Shown in pieces: positions 26,849 to 36,745 of a DNA stretch of 41,578 bases. Positions within the stretch are counted from its first letter, which is position 1. Each line of letters starts with the position of its first letter. Origin of the DNA: Dehalococcoidia bacterium (GTDB lineage: Bacteria; Chloroflexota; Dehalococcoidia; Lucifugimonadales; UBA3495); contig JASLXV010000056.1 in the NCBI GenBank assembly GCA_030740155.1, positions 1-41,578 on the forward strand, read 5' to 3'. The notes beneath the pieces are model-generated. The model was not told the DNA's origin and did no database searches. It saw nothing but the letters and a program-made list of their open reading frames with translations. The position numbers and the translations under genes were made by a program.

Positions 26849-28566
26849 TGACCACCCAGGTCTACTACCGCCGATGGCGCCCCAGCAGCTTTGCCGAGCT
26901 GGTGGGCCAGGAGCATGTGGCCAATACCTTGCGCCAGGCCCTCAAACAGGACCGGGTGTCTCACTCCTACCTCTTCTGCGGGCCCCGGGGCAGCGGCAAG
27001 ACCACCACCGCCCGCATCGTGGCGAAGGCCGCCAACTGCCTGGACCTCCAGGACGGCGATCCGTGCAACGCTTGTCAGGTCTGCCTGGCCGTCAACGATG
27101 GCCGATTCTTGGACATATTTGAGCTGGACGCCGCCAGCAACCGGGGCATCGACGAGATCCGGGATATCCGTGATAAGGTGAACTTCTCCCCGGCCCAGGG
27201 CCGTCGCAAAGTGTACATCATCGACGAGGCCCATATGCTCACCGGCGCGGCCTCCAACGCCTTCCTCAAAACCCTGGAGGAGCCGCCGGCCCACGTCATC
27301 TTCATACTGTGCACTACCCAGGTTCACAAGATCGAGCCCACCATCGTTTCCCGCTGCCAACGATTCGACTTTCGGCGCTTGCCCTTGGACCTGGTCTGCG
27401 GCCGTCTGCAAGAGATCGTTGACGCCGAAGGGGTGGTGGTGGAGCCCGAGGCCCTGCGCATGGTGGCCCGCTCCGCCGCCGGCAGCCTGCGTGATGCTCA
27501 GAACCTGCTGGAGCAGTTGGTGGTGTCCTACCGGGACGGCGTGGGCTTGCATCAAGTCGAGGACCTCTTGGGATTGGGCCATGGCGAGCAATGGCTGGAA
27601 TTGACCAGCTATTTGCTAATGGGCAACACCTCGGCCTCCCTGGGTGTCATCAATCAGGCAGCCTGGGACGGCACCGACCTGCGCCAGTTCCACCGGCAGG
27701 CCCTCGATCTGTTGCGGGCGGCCATGTTGCTGCGATGGGGGGCCCGGGAAGCTCTGGACCTTCCCGACCACATCGTCTCCCAATTAGAGGAGCTGGTGGG
27801 GAAGCTCCCACCGTGGCGGATCGTAAAGGCCCTCAAATTGTGGAGCCAGGTCAACATGCGGTACGACGCGCCGTCCACCCTGCCCCTGGAGCTGGCGGCC
27901 GTGGAGATTTGCGAGGACCTAGCCGCGGCGGCCGCCGGCGAGGAGGAGCAGACCGGCGACACCCCACCTCGGGCCGGGTCCGACGCCGCCGCCTCCGTTG
28001 CGCCGCGCCCCGCTACGGCCCGGCCGCCGCCTCCCGCAGCCCGGACCCCGCGGGGGCAACCATCGATCGCGCCTTCTCCCCCACCCCAGCCGGCAGCGGA
28101 CCCATCCGCCGGGCTCGCCCCGGCTGAGGCGGCCCCCCAACCGGCGGCGGACTTGCCCGCCGGGCCGGGCCCTGTCTCGGGAGCCCAAGGAGGCAGCTTG
28201 GCCAGCCAGTGGGTAGCAACGGTAAAGGCCCTTGGCCGGCACAAAGGCAAGAAGTACAACCTGGGCGCGTTGCTGAGGGACTGCAAGCCCGAAGCCATCT
28301 CCCTGGAAGGGGATACCCTGGTCCTGGCCTTTACCAACAAGAGCAACATGGTTCGGATGCAAGAAGAGATGGACGACCCCAAGGGGCGGCGTTTGGTAGC
28401 CGACGCGGTGGAACAGTTTTTCGACCAGCCGTATGAGTTTAGACTAACGCTAGTGGAAGACGCCGGCGCCGGCGGCAACTCCTCCCGGTCGGCCCAAAAC
28501 AGCCCTCTGGTACGCGCCGCGATGGGAATGGGCGCCAAAATCATTGTTGAGGAGGCTGCGGAATGA
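26848..28566 (+). CDS. dnaX: DNA polymerase III subunit gamma/tau
   Basis: YRRWRP, GPRGSGKTT, C4 Zn motif, DAASNRG, DEAHML, SRCQRFDF; Pro/Ala-rich linker. Confidence 0.96.
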   Translation: MTTQVYYRRWRPSSFAELVGQEHVANTLRQALKQDRVSHSYLFCGPRGSGKTTTARIVAKAANCLDLQDGDPCNACQVCLAVNDGRFLDIFELDAASNRGIDEIRDIRDKVNFSPAQGRRKVYIIDEAHMLTGAASNAFLKTLEEPPAHVIFILCTTQVHKIEPTIVSRCQRFDFRRLPLDLVCGRLQEIVDAEGVVVEPEALRMVARSAAGSLRDAQNLLEQLVVSYRDGVGLHQVEDLLGLGHGEQWLELTSYLLMGNTSASLGVINQAAWDGTDLRQFHRQALDLLRAAMLLRWGAREALDLPDHIVSQLEELVGKLPPWRIVKALKLWSQVNMRYDAPSTLPLELAAVEICEDLAAAAAGEEEQTGDTPPRAGSDAAASVAPRPATARPPPPAARTPRGQPSIAPSPPPQPAADPSAGLAPAEAAPQPAADLPAGPGPVSGAQGGSLASQWVATVKALGRHKGKKYNLGALLRDCKPEAISLEGDTLVLAFTNKSNMVRMQEEMDDPKGRRLVADAVEQFFDQPYEFRLTLVEDAGAGGNSSRSAQNSPLVRAAMGMGAKIIVEEAAE

Positions 28567-28859
28567 ACCGCAACATGATGCGCCAGGCGCAGAAACAGCT
28601 CGCCCAGATCCAAAAGATCCAGGAGGAGCTGGAAACCCTCACCGTGGAGGGCAGCGCCGGGGGCGGTGTGGTCAAGGTAACCATGTCCGGCAAGCAAGTG
28701 GTGGAGTCGGTGGTCATCGACCCGGAAGCGGTGGAGGACGTAGAGTTGCTCCAGGACATGGTAGCGGCGGCGGTCAACGACGCCTTTGCCCAGACTCAGA
28801 AGATGGCGGCCGATAGGATGGGCGCCATCACCGGCGGCATGAAGATCCCCGGCTTCTAG
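28563..28859 (+). CDS. ybaB: YbaB/EbfC nucleoid-associated protein
   Basis: MMRQAQ, GSAGGGVVKV, LQDMVAAAVNDA; conserved synteny with dnaX and recR. Confidence 0.94.
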   Translation: MNRNMMRQAQKQLAQIQKIQEELETLTVEGSAGGGVVKVTMSGKQVVESVVIDPEAVEDVELLQDMVAAAVNDAFAQTQKMAADRMGAITGGMKIPGF

Positions 28860-28893
28860 TGAGACACCTGATCTCCCGGAACCGGTTGCGCTT

Positions 28894-29139
28894 ATGACCA
28901 TAGCAACACCTGGTAAGCAGGTGGGATGGGAACTGCCAGAAAAAAGGCTGCCTGAGGCCTTTGGGCCAGGCCTGCCGCTACCCTCCATGGCGGCAGCCGC
29001 TGCCGGTCTGGGTAAGAGCGCCCAAAATAACACGGCCACGGTGGATCAGATAGACTCGCTTCTCCAACAGAACCGTGCAGTCCTCACAGATTTTGCGAAG
29101 CATGAAATTCTGGCTCGTTTCTTGCCGGCGTCTGCATGA
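28894..29139 (+). CDS. Hypothetical 81-aa protein between ybaB and recR
   Basis: Fills the gap, and its stop overlaps the recR start (ATGA); weak RBS and no recognised motif. Confidence 0.45.
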   Translation: MTIATPGKQVGWELPEKRLPEAFGPGLPLPSMAAAAAGLGKSAQNNTATVDQIDSLLQQNRAVLTDFAKHEILARFLPASA

Positions 29140-29750
29140 GCAGCGACCAGATCCCATCGGCGGCGCCGTCTCTGGCCCGGCTGATCCAGGAGCTTAATAA
29201 GCTCCCCGGCGTCGGCCCCAAGAGCGCCCAGCGCCTGGCCTACTTCATCATCCGCCTGCCCGAGGAAGAGGCCTTTGCCCTGGCCGACGCCGTCACCGCG
29301 GTAAAGCAGAACATCGTCTTCTGCCAGGAGTGCCAGAACCTGACCGACGATTCTCCCTGCTCCGTTTGCGCCGACACCCGGCGGAACCGGACCCAGATAT
29401 GCGTGGTTGAGGACCCGTTGGACATCTTGGCCCTGGAGCGCACCCGTTGCTACCGGGGGTTGTACCACGTGCTCCACGGAGCTATCTCACCCATCAACGG
29501 CATCGGGCCGGACCAACTCAAACTGAAGGAGTTGCTGGCCCGCCTCACCGGAGACGAGGTCACCGAGTTGGTCATTGCCACCAATCCCACCCTGGAAGGA
29601 GAGGCAACGGCGATGTACATCCGCCGTTACCTGGCCCAAACCAACATCAAGGTTACTCATCTGGCCCGGGGGTTGCCGGTCGGCGGCTCCCTGGAATATA
29701 CCGATGACCTAACGCTGAGCCGGGCCTTCCAGGGCCGTCAGGAGCTGTAG
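29136..29750 (+). CDS. recR: Recombination protein RecR
   Basis: LPGVGPKSAQRLA, C4 Zn finger, ICVVE, YHVLHG, ATNPTLEGEATA. Confidence 0.96.
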   Translation: MSSDQIPSAAPSLARLIQELNKLPGVGPKSAQRLAYFIIRLPEEEAFALADAVTAVKQNIVFCQECQNLTDDSPCSVCADTRRNRTQICVVEDPLDILALERTRCYRGLYHVLHGAISPINGIGPDQLKLKELLARLTGDEVTELVIATNPTLEGEATAMYIRRYLAQTNIKVTHLARGLPVGGSLEYTDDLTLSRAFQGRQEL

Positions 29751-29751
29751 G

Positions 29752-30531
29752 GTGGCCCCTCCACGCTCGTACCGCTGCGAGGCCCTGACTCTCCGGAAGA
29801 CCCCCATGGGCGAGGCCGACATGATGGTGACGCTCTACACCAGGGAATGGGGCAAGCTGCGGGTGATGGCCAAGGGCGCCCGCCGGTCCACCAGCAAACT
29901 CGTCGGCCATCTGGAACCGTTGACTCGGGTCAAGCTCTCCCTGGCCCAGGGGCGCAGCATGGACCTCATTACCCAGGCCCAGATGATGGGGAATTTCGAC
30001 CGCCTCAAGAACGACCTGGCGGCAATCACCAAGGGGCTCTACGTGGCGGAGTTGCTGGACGGCTTTGGCGCCGAATCCAACCCCAACGAACCCCTCTACC
30101 ATCTGGCCGTCGAAACCCTGGAGTCCATCGGCCAGAACCCTGGCTCCGAGTGGCCCCTGCGCTTCTTCGAGCTTCAGTTGCTCCGGGTCTCCGGGCTGAT
30201 GCCCGAGCTGTACCGGTGCGTGGAGTGCCGCCAGCCCATCGGCGCCGGCCGGCACCGCTTCAGCGCCAGCCTGGGCGGCACCCTGTGTCTGGACTGTCAT
30301 CCCGTCGAGGCCAACGTCCGGCCCCTGTCTTTGCGGGCCCTCAAAGTGCTGCGGTTGCTGCACCGGGGACCGCTGCCGAAGGTTATTCCCTTGCAGGTGG
30401 TTGGCGGCCTGGAGCGGGAGTTGAAGTCTTTGCTCACCATCACCGTCAGGTACTGGCTGGACCGTGAAATTAGGTCTAACTCGTTTCTGGAGCAGCTATA
30501 CCAGGAGTCCAAGTCCGGGGTGTATACTTAG
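29752..30531 (+). CDS. recO: DNA repair protein RecO
   Basis: GEAD...GKLRVMAKGARR...GHLEP OB fold; CxxC...CxxC Zn finger. Confidence 0.93.
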   Translation: MAPPRSYRCEALTLRKTPMGEADMMVTLYTREWGKLRVMAKGARRSTSKLVGHLEPLTRVKLSLAQGRSMDLITQAQMMGNFDRLKNDLAAITKGLYVAELLDGFGAESNPNEPLYHLAVETLESIGQNPGSEWPLRFFELQLLRVSGLMPELYRCVECRQPIGAGRHRFSASLGGTLCLDCHPVEANVRPLSLRALKVLRLLHRGPLPKVIPLQVVGGLERELKSLLTITVRYWLDREIRSNSFLEQLYQESKSGVYT

Positions 30532-30619
30532 GGCTCCGGCCGGGACAGTTGGAGTTGCCCCAGGGCCCGGTCGTGACCTGGAGCGGGTTACCGCTCATCG
30601 ATGCGCAAGAGGAAAACCG

Positions 30620-32179
30620 TTGTTTAGCAAGATATTGATCGCGAACCGGGGCGAGATCGCCTGCCGGATCGTTCGGACCTGCCAGAAATTGGGGATCAAG
30701 ACGGTGGCCGTGTATTCCACGGTAGACCGCAACGCCCTCCACACCCGGCTGGCCGACGAAGCCTGCTTTATCGGTGAGTCGCCGCCCCACGATAGCTACC
30801 TGAACCTCGAAAGAATCATCGAAGTGGCCCGGGAGACCGGCGCCGAGGCCGTGCATCCCGGCTACGGGTTCCTTTCCGAGAATCCTGCCTTCGCTCGCCT
30901 TTGCCAGGAGGCCGGCATCCGCTTCATCGGCCCGAAGCAGGGAGTAATGGAGAAAATGGGCGATAAGCTGCTGGCCCGCAAGCTGGCGAAGAAGGCGGGG
31001 CTGCCCGTGCTGCCCGGCACCGACAAGGCCATCGAGACCGACAAAGCCGTCAGCCGGGCGTGGAAGCTGGGATTTCCGCTAATGGTCAAGGCCGCTGAGG
31101 GCGGCGGCGGCATCGGCATCCACATTATCGATTCCACCGACGAGTTGCTGCCCCTGATCGAGCGCACCCGCCTGGTGGCTGAACACGCCTTTGGCAGCCC
31201 CCGGCTCTACTTCGAGCGCTACCTGAAGGACGCCTCTCATATCGAGGTACAGCTGATCGGCGATGACAAAGGGAACCTGATCCACCTGTACGACCGGGAC
31301 TGCTCCGTCCAACGCCGCAACCAGAAGTTGATCGAAGAAACCCTCGCCACCAAGCTGACACCCAAACTCCGGAAACGTGTCTGCAAGCTAGCATTGAAGC
31401 TGGCGCGGCGCATTGGCTACACCAACGCCGGCACCGTGGAGTTCTTGGTTTCGGACGATGGCGAGATCTACTTCCTGGAAATGAATACCCGGCTCCAGGT
31501 AGAGCATGGCGTCACCGAGATGGTCACCGGCGTCGACTTGGTGGAGCTTCAGATAAGGGTGGCCTGCGGAGAAGCTCTTCCCCTGAGGCAAGACGATATC
31601 GTGCCCCAGGGTCATGCCATCGAGGCTCGAGTCTACCCCGAAGACCCCGACACCTTTGCGCCCAACGACGGGGCGGTCACCGAGCTTCATCTGCCATCCG
31701 GGAAACACATCCGGGTAGACAGCGCCCTTTTTGACGGCTACGAGGTCCCGGTAGAGTATGAGCCCCTCCTGGCCAAGGTGATGGCCTGGGCGGAGACCCG
31801 TGAACAAGCGGTGAAGTGCCTCCAGAAAGCCCTATTGGCCTTCCGTCTGGAGGGGGTCAAGTGCAACATTCCGCTGCTTCGGGACATACTGTCCACCAAA
31901 GAGTTCGCCGGTGCGACCTATCACACCGGGTCCATGCCCTTGTGGGTGGAGGACAGGAAGAAGCGACAGCTTCATTCGTCGAGTAACGGGACCGGGTCAC
32001 TCAACGGCAACGGGAAAGCGGGCCGGGAGATAGCGGCGGCTATCGGAGTGGCCACGGCGATGGCGCTCAAAGGGTCGCAGCAGCCCGTTTCGCCGGCTTC
32101 GGAGATCAGCCCCTGGCGCATCTACGGCCGCCGGGAACAGCTCCTCTCCCGTACTCTGGGGAACCGGAGTTGGAGGTAG
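30620..32179 (+). CDS. accC: Biotin carboxylase of an acyl-CoA carboxylase, with a C-terminal extension
   Basis: KILIANRGEIA, HPGYGFLSEN, CSVQRRNQK, EMNTRLQVEH; TTG start at 30620. Confidence 0.93.
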   Translation: MFSKILIANRGEIACRIVRTCQKLGIKTVAVYSTVDRNALHTRLADEACFIGESPPHDSYLNLERIIEVARETGAEAVHPGYGFLSENPAFARLCQEAGIRFIGPKQGVMEKMGDKLLARKLAKKAGLPVLPGTDKAIETDKAVSRAWKLGFPLMVKAAEGGGGIGIHIIDSTDELLPLIERTRLVAEHAFGSPRLYFERYLKDASHIEVQLIGDDKGNLIHLYDRDCSVQRRNQKLIEETLATKLTPKLRKRVCKLALKLARRIGYTNAGTVEFLVSDDGEIYFLEMNTRLQVEHGVTEMVTGVDLVELQIRVACGEALPLRQDDIVPQGHAIEARVYPEDPDTFAPNDGAVTELHLPSGKHIRVDSALFDGYEVPVEYEPLLAKVMAWAETREQAVKCLQKALLAFRLEGVKCNIPLLRDILSTKEFAGATYHTGSMPLWVEDRKKRQLHSSSNGTGSLNGNGKAGREIAAAIGVATAMALKGSQQPVSPASEISPWRIYGRREQLLSRTLGNRSWR

Positions 32180-32607
32180 CCACCTTTCGAATCAAGGTTG
32201 GGGACCGATGGTATGCGGTCCAGGTGGGGGACCTAAGCTACTCTCCGGTTGATGTGACGGTAGAGGGCGAGACCTATTCCGTGGAGGTGGAAGGCCTCCC
32301 TCCGAAGAAACTTCCTGAGTCCAGGCGACGCCGGCAACGGCCCACCGATATCGCCGCGCCACCCCGAAGCCAAGCGGGGGCGGCCCCACCTTCCGACGAC
32401 ATCGTACGCTCGCCCATGCCGGGGCGGGTCATCTCCGTCCTGGTGCAGCCCGGCGACCGGGTATCCCAGGGCGACGAGGTGTGCGTGGTGGAAGCCATGA
32501 AGATGGAGCAGAGCATCCGCTCCAACCGGGACGGCGTGGTCAAAACAGTTCTCGTCAAGCCCATGGATTCGGTGAAGGCCAACGACCCCCTGGTTGAGCT
32601 GGAGTAG
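32170..32607 (+). CDS. accB: Biotin carboxyl carrier protein
   Basis: SPMPG and the EAMKM biotinylation motif. Confidence 0.9.
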   Translation: MEVATFRIKVGDRWYAVQVGDLSYSPVDVTVEGETYSVEVEGLPPKKLPESRRRRQRPTDIAAPPRSQAGAAPPSDDIVRSPMPGRVISVLVQPGDRVSQGDEVCVVEAMKMEQSIRSNRDGVVKTVLVKPMDSVKANDPLVELE

Positions 32608-32746
32608 CTCGGGCCGGGGCCATTTCCGACCGCTTTCCGGCGTCCGACGACCAGGCCGGAGCCCGGATGCCGTGCACCGCCGCGGCCCTCGCCACAACTC
32701 TTCACTTTAACGAGGTGCCGGGGTGTTTCCGGCCCGAGACATCAGC

Positions 32747-32775
32747 TTGACACGCTGGCCCTTGGGCGATAGCAT
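32747..32775 (+). promoter_or_regulatory. sigma70 promoter about 300 nt upstream of the corrinoid protein gene
   Basis: TTGACA-17 bp-TAGCAT. Confidence 0.65.
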
Positions 32776-33076
32776 TCTCAGCGTCGGAAGGGGTGCCTTT
32801 CTCGAGACCCGGCCGACCAACCCGGCAATTCCCACCCGGATTGTTGAGGCCCAAGCCCCTTCTCTGACACCGTTGCGGAGACCGTCTCGCCGCCACGATG
32901 GCAGCTCGTACCGAGTCTCACCTCTTCCAGGTCTTGTGACAGCGACACCGAAGGCCCGCGACGCCTGGCGAGGGATCGCCTCGAAGGGCAGCGAGGCCAG
33001 GGTGCGGTTTAGACAATTACTCTCGCCCCAAGGTGGCCGGTTGGAGGGCCACCGTGACCCGCGTAAGGAGGCACAG

Positions 33077-33724
33077 GTGGAACCGAAGGAACTGTCCCGG
33101 CACATCCTGTTGGGGGAAACCGAGGCTGCCGCGCAGTGGAGCCGCCAGGCGCTCGACGCGGGGATGGACCCCCAGGCGATCATCAACCAGGGGCTGTTGC
33201 CCGGAATGGCCGAGGTGGGAACGAAATTCAAGAACTACGAGTACTACCTGCCCGAGGTACTGGTGGCCGGCAAGGCCATGAACGCGTGCTTGGCCATTCT
33301 GAAACCCCTGCTGACCGACACCAACACAGCCTACGTGGGGCGGGTGGTCATCGGCACGGTGCAGGGGGACCTCCACGACATCGGCAAGAACCTGGTGGTC
33401 ATGATGCTGGAGGGAGCGGGCTTCGCCGTTAATGACCTTGGCTCCAACGTTTACCCGGAGCAGTTTGTGCAGGCGGTTCAGGACGACAACCCGGACCTAG
33501 TGTGCTTGTCCACGTTGCTGACCACAACTATGCCGAGGCTCCAATCGATCCTGGCAGCCCTGGAGGCTGCTGAGCTTCGGCACGCGGTGAAGGTGATGGT
33601 TGGCGGCGCCCCCGTGAGTCAGGATTACGCCGACGAGATCGGCGCGGACGGTTATGCCCCGGAGTCAGCCTCGGCCGTGGAGACGGCCAAGGCTATCTTG
33701 GGCATTCCGGCTTCCACAGGTTAA
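33077..33724 (+). CDS. Cobalamin-binding corrinoid protein (MtbC/MttC-like)
   Basis: Four-helix cap (GMAEVG...YLPEV), DLHDIGKN (DxHxxG), STLLTTT, VGGAP; GTG 33077 after AAGGAGG. Confidence 0.92.
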   Translation: MEPKELSRHILLGETEAAAQWSRQALDAGMDPQAIINQGLLPGMAEVGTKFKNYEYYLPEVLVAGKAMNACLAILKPLLTDTNTAYVGRVVIGTVQGDLHDIGKNLVVMMLEGAGFAVNDLGSNVYPEQFVQAVQDDNPDLVCLSTLLTTTMPRLQSILAALEAAELRHAVKVMVGGAPVSQDYADEIGADGYAPESASAVETAKAILGIPASTG

Positions 33725-33738
33725 TCAGGGAGGCAGCC

Positions 33739-34887
33739 ATGGCAACGCTCAGCCACCGAGAGAGGGTCGTCAAAGCGCTGAACCACGAGGAGGCCGATCG
33801 GGTCCCCGTGGACCTCGGCTCGACCTATGTCACCACCATCAACATCAACGCCTACCCCAGGCTGCTGAAGCACCTGGGTATGGAGGATGAGCCCGGCACG
33901 GTGGTGATGCGCCCCCGGTCCCAAATCGCCACCCCCAGCGAGACCCTGCTCCAGTACCTGGACATCGACCTGCGAGGCATGTGGTTCGGTGGGTCCGACC
34001 AGACCCCGGAGACAAAGATCGACGAGAACACCCTATCCGATGAGTTCGGGGTGGTTTGGAACAGGCCCGATGGAGGCCACTACCTGGCCATAGAGTCCCC
34101 CTTCCAGAAGGGGCAGCCGACCGTGGCCGACGTGGAGCGATTCAATTGGCCCGACCCGAGGGACCCCGGACGCACCAGGGGCATGCTGGAAAGGGCCCGG
34201 TATCTGCACGATGAGACGGACTACGCGGTGGTCCTCAGCCTGCCCTACGGCATCGTCGCCGACTGCGCGCGGCTGCGCGGCTTCGCCGAGTTCTTCACCG
34301 ACCTGGTGGACAACACCGCCTTCGCCGAGGCGCTGCTGGACCACATGGCCGAGCTGACATCGGGCATGATGATCTCCGCCCTGGAGCAGGTGGGCGAGTA
34401 CGTGGACGTGGCCCTGTTCCCCGACGACATGGGAATGCAGGACATGTGCCTGGTCTCGCCGGACATGTACCGGCGGCTCTTGAAGCCCCGGCACCGAAAG
34501 CTGGTGGACGCCATCAAGAGCAAGACCAAGGCCAAGGTGCTCATGCACAGCGACGGCTCCATTTACCCCATCATCGGGGACCTCATCGATATCGGCGTGG
34601 ACGCCCTCAATCCCATCCAGGTCTCGGCCCGGCAGATGGACTCGGATGTCCTGAAGCGGGAGTTCGGGCACCACCTCGCTTTCTGGGGGGCCATCGACAC
34701 CCATCGAGTCCTGCCCATGGGGACCCCGGAGGATGTGGAAGCCGAAGTGAGAAAGACCATCGGCGACCTGGCGCCCGGCGGCGGCTACGTGCTCACCTCC
34801 GTGCACAACATCCAGTCCGAGGTGCCCCCGGAGAACATGATGGCCATGTACAAAGCGGCCCGGCAGTGGGGGACCTACTCCGGGTAG
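33739..34887 (+). CDS. Uroporphyrinogen decarboxylase-family (MtaA/CmuA-like) protein
   Basis: HEEADRVPVDLG, DEFGVVW, LRG, DDMG, HSDG, LNPIQ, FWGAID, VHNIQ; directly follows the corrinoid gene. Confidence 0.88.
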   Translation: MATLSHRERVVKALNHEEADRVPVDLGSTYVTTININAYPRLLKHLGMEDEPGTVVMRPRSQIATPSETLLQYLDIDLRGMWFGGSDQTPETKIDENTLSDEFGVVWNRPDGGHYLAIESPFQKGQPTVADVERFNWPDPRDPGRTRGMLERARYLHDETDYAVVLSLPYGIVADCARLRGFAEFFTDLVDNTAFAEALLDHMAELTSGMMISALEQVGEYVDVALFPDDMGMQDMCLVSPDMYRRLLKPRHRKLVDAIKSKTKAKVLMHSDGSIYPIIGDLIDIGVDALNPIQVSARQMDSDVLKREFGHHLAFWGAIDTHRVLPMGTPEDVEAEVRKTIGDLAPGGGYVLTSVHNIQSEVPPENMMAMYKAARQWGTYSG

Positions 34888-34973
34888 ACGATGCCCCGGC
34901 GGGCGCCTGTTTCCAGTAGCCCAGCACGCCGAGGCGGCTAGGACTTGGTGTCGCTAATAGCCGTTGTTATATT

Positions 34974-35230
34974 CCGTACGCCCTAAGCTTGCCGAAGGGC
35001 CCGGGGCCGGTGGTTCGACAAGCTCACCACGTACGGTATTCTTACCGCCGGTAATTGGGGAAAAGTACTGGGTACGGCATCCAGAATCGGCAGCAACGAG
35101 GACCGGTCCGGGACGGCTGGTACACGGTCAACTTAGTCAACCTAATTGTTGAAACTTGTCATTCCGAGCCGGAGGCGAGGAATCTCGTTGTTACGCTGAG
35201 ACTCCTCGTCGCTCTACTCTTCAGAATGGC
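34974..35230. repeat. Cluster of REP-like inverted repeats between convergent genes
   Basis: Pair 34974-34999/35012-35036 (family of 560-585) and TGTCATTCCGAGC...GAGGAATCTC...GAGACTCCTC...CAGAATGGCA at about 35158-35230. Confidence 0.7.
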
Positions 35231-35258
35231 AGGCTACAAGAATCAAGTTGGCTGAGTA

Positions 35259-36146
35259 CTAGCCCTCCGGCGCCGGCTTGATTCCGGCGGCCCGGAGCAC
35301 CTCGGGTACCCGTGACTCCCAGCCGACGGCCATGATGTGGACCCCCTGGCAGAGCGGCCTTATCTGCTCTATCACCCGTGCCGCAATCTCCACGCTCTTC
35401 GCGGCCCGGTCCTCGGCCCACTCCAGTTCACGGATGATCTCCTCGGGGACATGGAAGCCCGGCAGCGTGGCGTTCAGCCTTCTCGCCATTCCGGCGGACC
35501 TCAGCATGATGTGCCCGGCCAGGACCGGCGCGCCGAATCGCCGCGCCTCCTCCATGAACTTCTCGAAGGCGCGGGGGTCGTAGACGGCCTGGGTCTGAAA
35601 GAAACCGGCGCCCGCTTTGACCTTCTCCTCCATGCGCCGAAGCTCTTGGTCCAGGTCGCTCGCGCCCGGGTTGGCCACGGCTCCCGCGAAGAGGCTTGGC
35701 GCGCCCCGGAGCCAGTGGCCGCTCATGTCCGCCCCCGAGTTCAGAGATGAAATGGCCTGAATCAACGTGATGGCGTTTAGGTCGAAGACGGCCTTGGCCT
35801 CCGGGTGGTCACCCGCGGCGGGGTCGTCACCGCTCATGCACAGGACGTTGGAGACACCCAGGGCATGAGCGCTCAGCAGGTCGCCTTGCAGGGCGATGCG
35901 GTTCCGGTCCCGGCAGGTGAACTGGAGAATCGGCTCAAGCTCCCGGTCCAGCAAGAGGTGGGCCGCCGCCAACGGCGCCATGGTCATTCGCGAGCTGGCC
36001 GAGTCGGTCAGATTGAACCCATCCATCAATCCCTTGAGCGCCCCGGCTTTCTCCAGCAGAGGAGCCAGGTTCGTGCCCTTGGGTGGGACCATCTCGGTGG
36101 TGACTACGAACTTGTCAGACCTCAAAGCTTCGGCGAACCTGCTCAA
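35259..36146 (-). CDS. metF: Methylenetetrahydrofolate reductase
   Basis: TTEMVPPKG, NLTD, TCRDRNRIALQ, GD, KVKAGAGFFQTQAVYD, GVHIM. Confidence 0.9.
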   Translation of the reverse strand: MSRFAEALRSDKFVVTTEMVPPKGTNLAPLLEKAGALKGLMDGFNLTDSASSRMTMAPLAAAHLLLDRELEPILQFTCRDRNRIALQGDLLSAHALGVSNVLCMSGDDPAAGDHPEAKAVFDLNAITLIQAISSLNSGADMSGHWLRGAPSLFAGAVANPGASDLDQELRRMEEKVKAGAGFFQTQAVYDPRAFEKFMEEARRFGAPVLAGHIMLRSAGMARRLNATLPGFHVPEEIIRELEWAEDRAAKSVEIAARVIEQIRPLCQGVHIMAVGWESRVPEVLRAAGIKPAPEG

Positions 36147-36745
36147 GTTACACCACCTTCTCGGCGAAATTCTCTCACCGGCCGGCTATTTCAACCACAT
36201 TATAGTCTGTGGGCGGCGAGTAATGGAAGCACGCTCCGCGGTTCCCATCCCGGCTGGGAGCCAGGCGAGGGGGTTGGTCAAAGCGGGTCGGCAGTGACCC
36301 CACCGGCCGACGCAAGACACGTTGCTTCGACGCGGCGAAGTGCCGGTTACTCAATCCCGCCGGTTTCAGATGTGACCGGCGTCACAACCGATCCAGGAGA
36401 AACGGCACAGACCGGAAGCCCATGCCCTCGGGAAACTGGCTCCATAGACCTTTGATCAACTGAGTCCGGGAGTGCCGCCATGTTGACGATCGAAACCCAA
36501 TTGGCTAGATTGGTGGAACTGTACCGGCTGTACCGGCTCAGCCAGCGGGGAGGAGCCTTTTTCTCCTTCCCGCCAACGAGCGCTAGTCACCCAGGCCGTC
36601 AGGCCGCGAGAACACCGATGGCAGCGTACTTCGATCAGCCGGCCATCTCCAGCGAAAGCCAATTGATATCCGGTGCGGAGTCCTATATGGGGTGCCCCAT
36701 ACCTGCTCCCGTCGTATGGAGGGCGCCCTGGGAACTCGAGGCCCG

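Noticed and set aside
27950..28200. Programmed -1 frameshift in dnaX; duplicated PQPAADxxAG linker unit
   Set aside because: No A-AAA-AAG or poly-A slippery site seen; the duplication is ordinary low-complexity linker.
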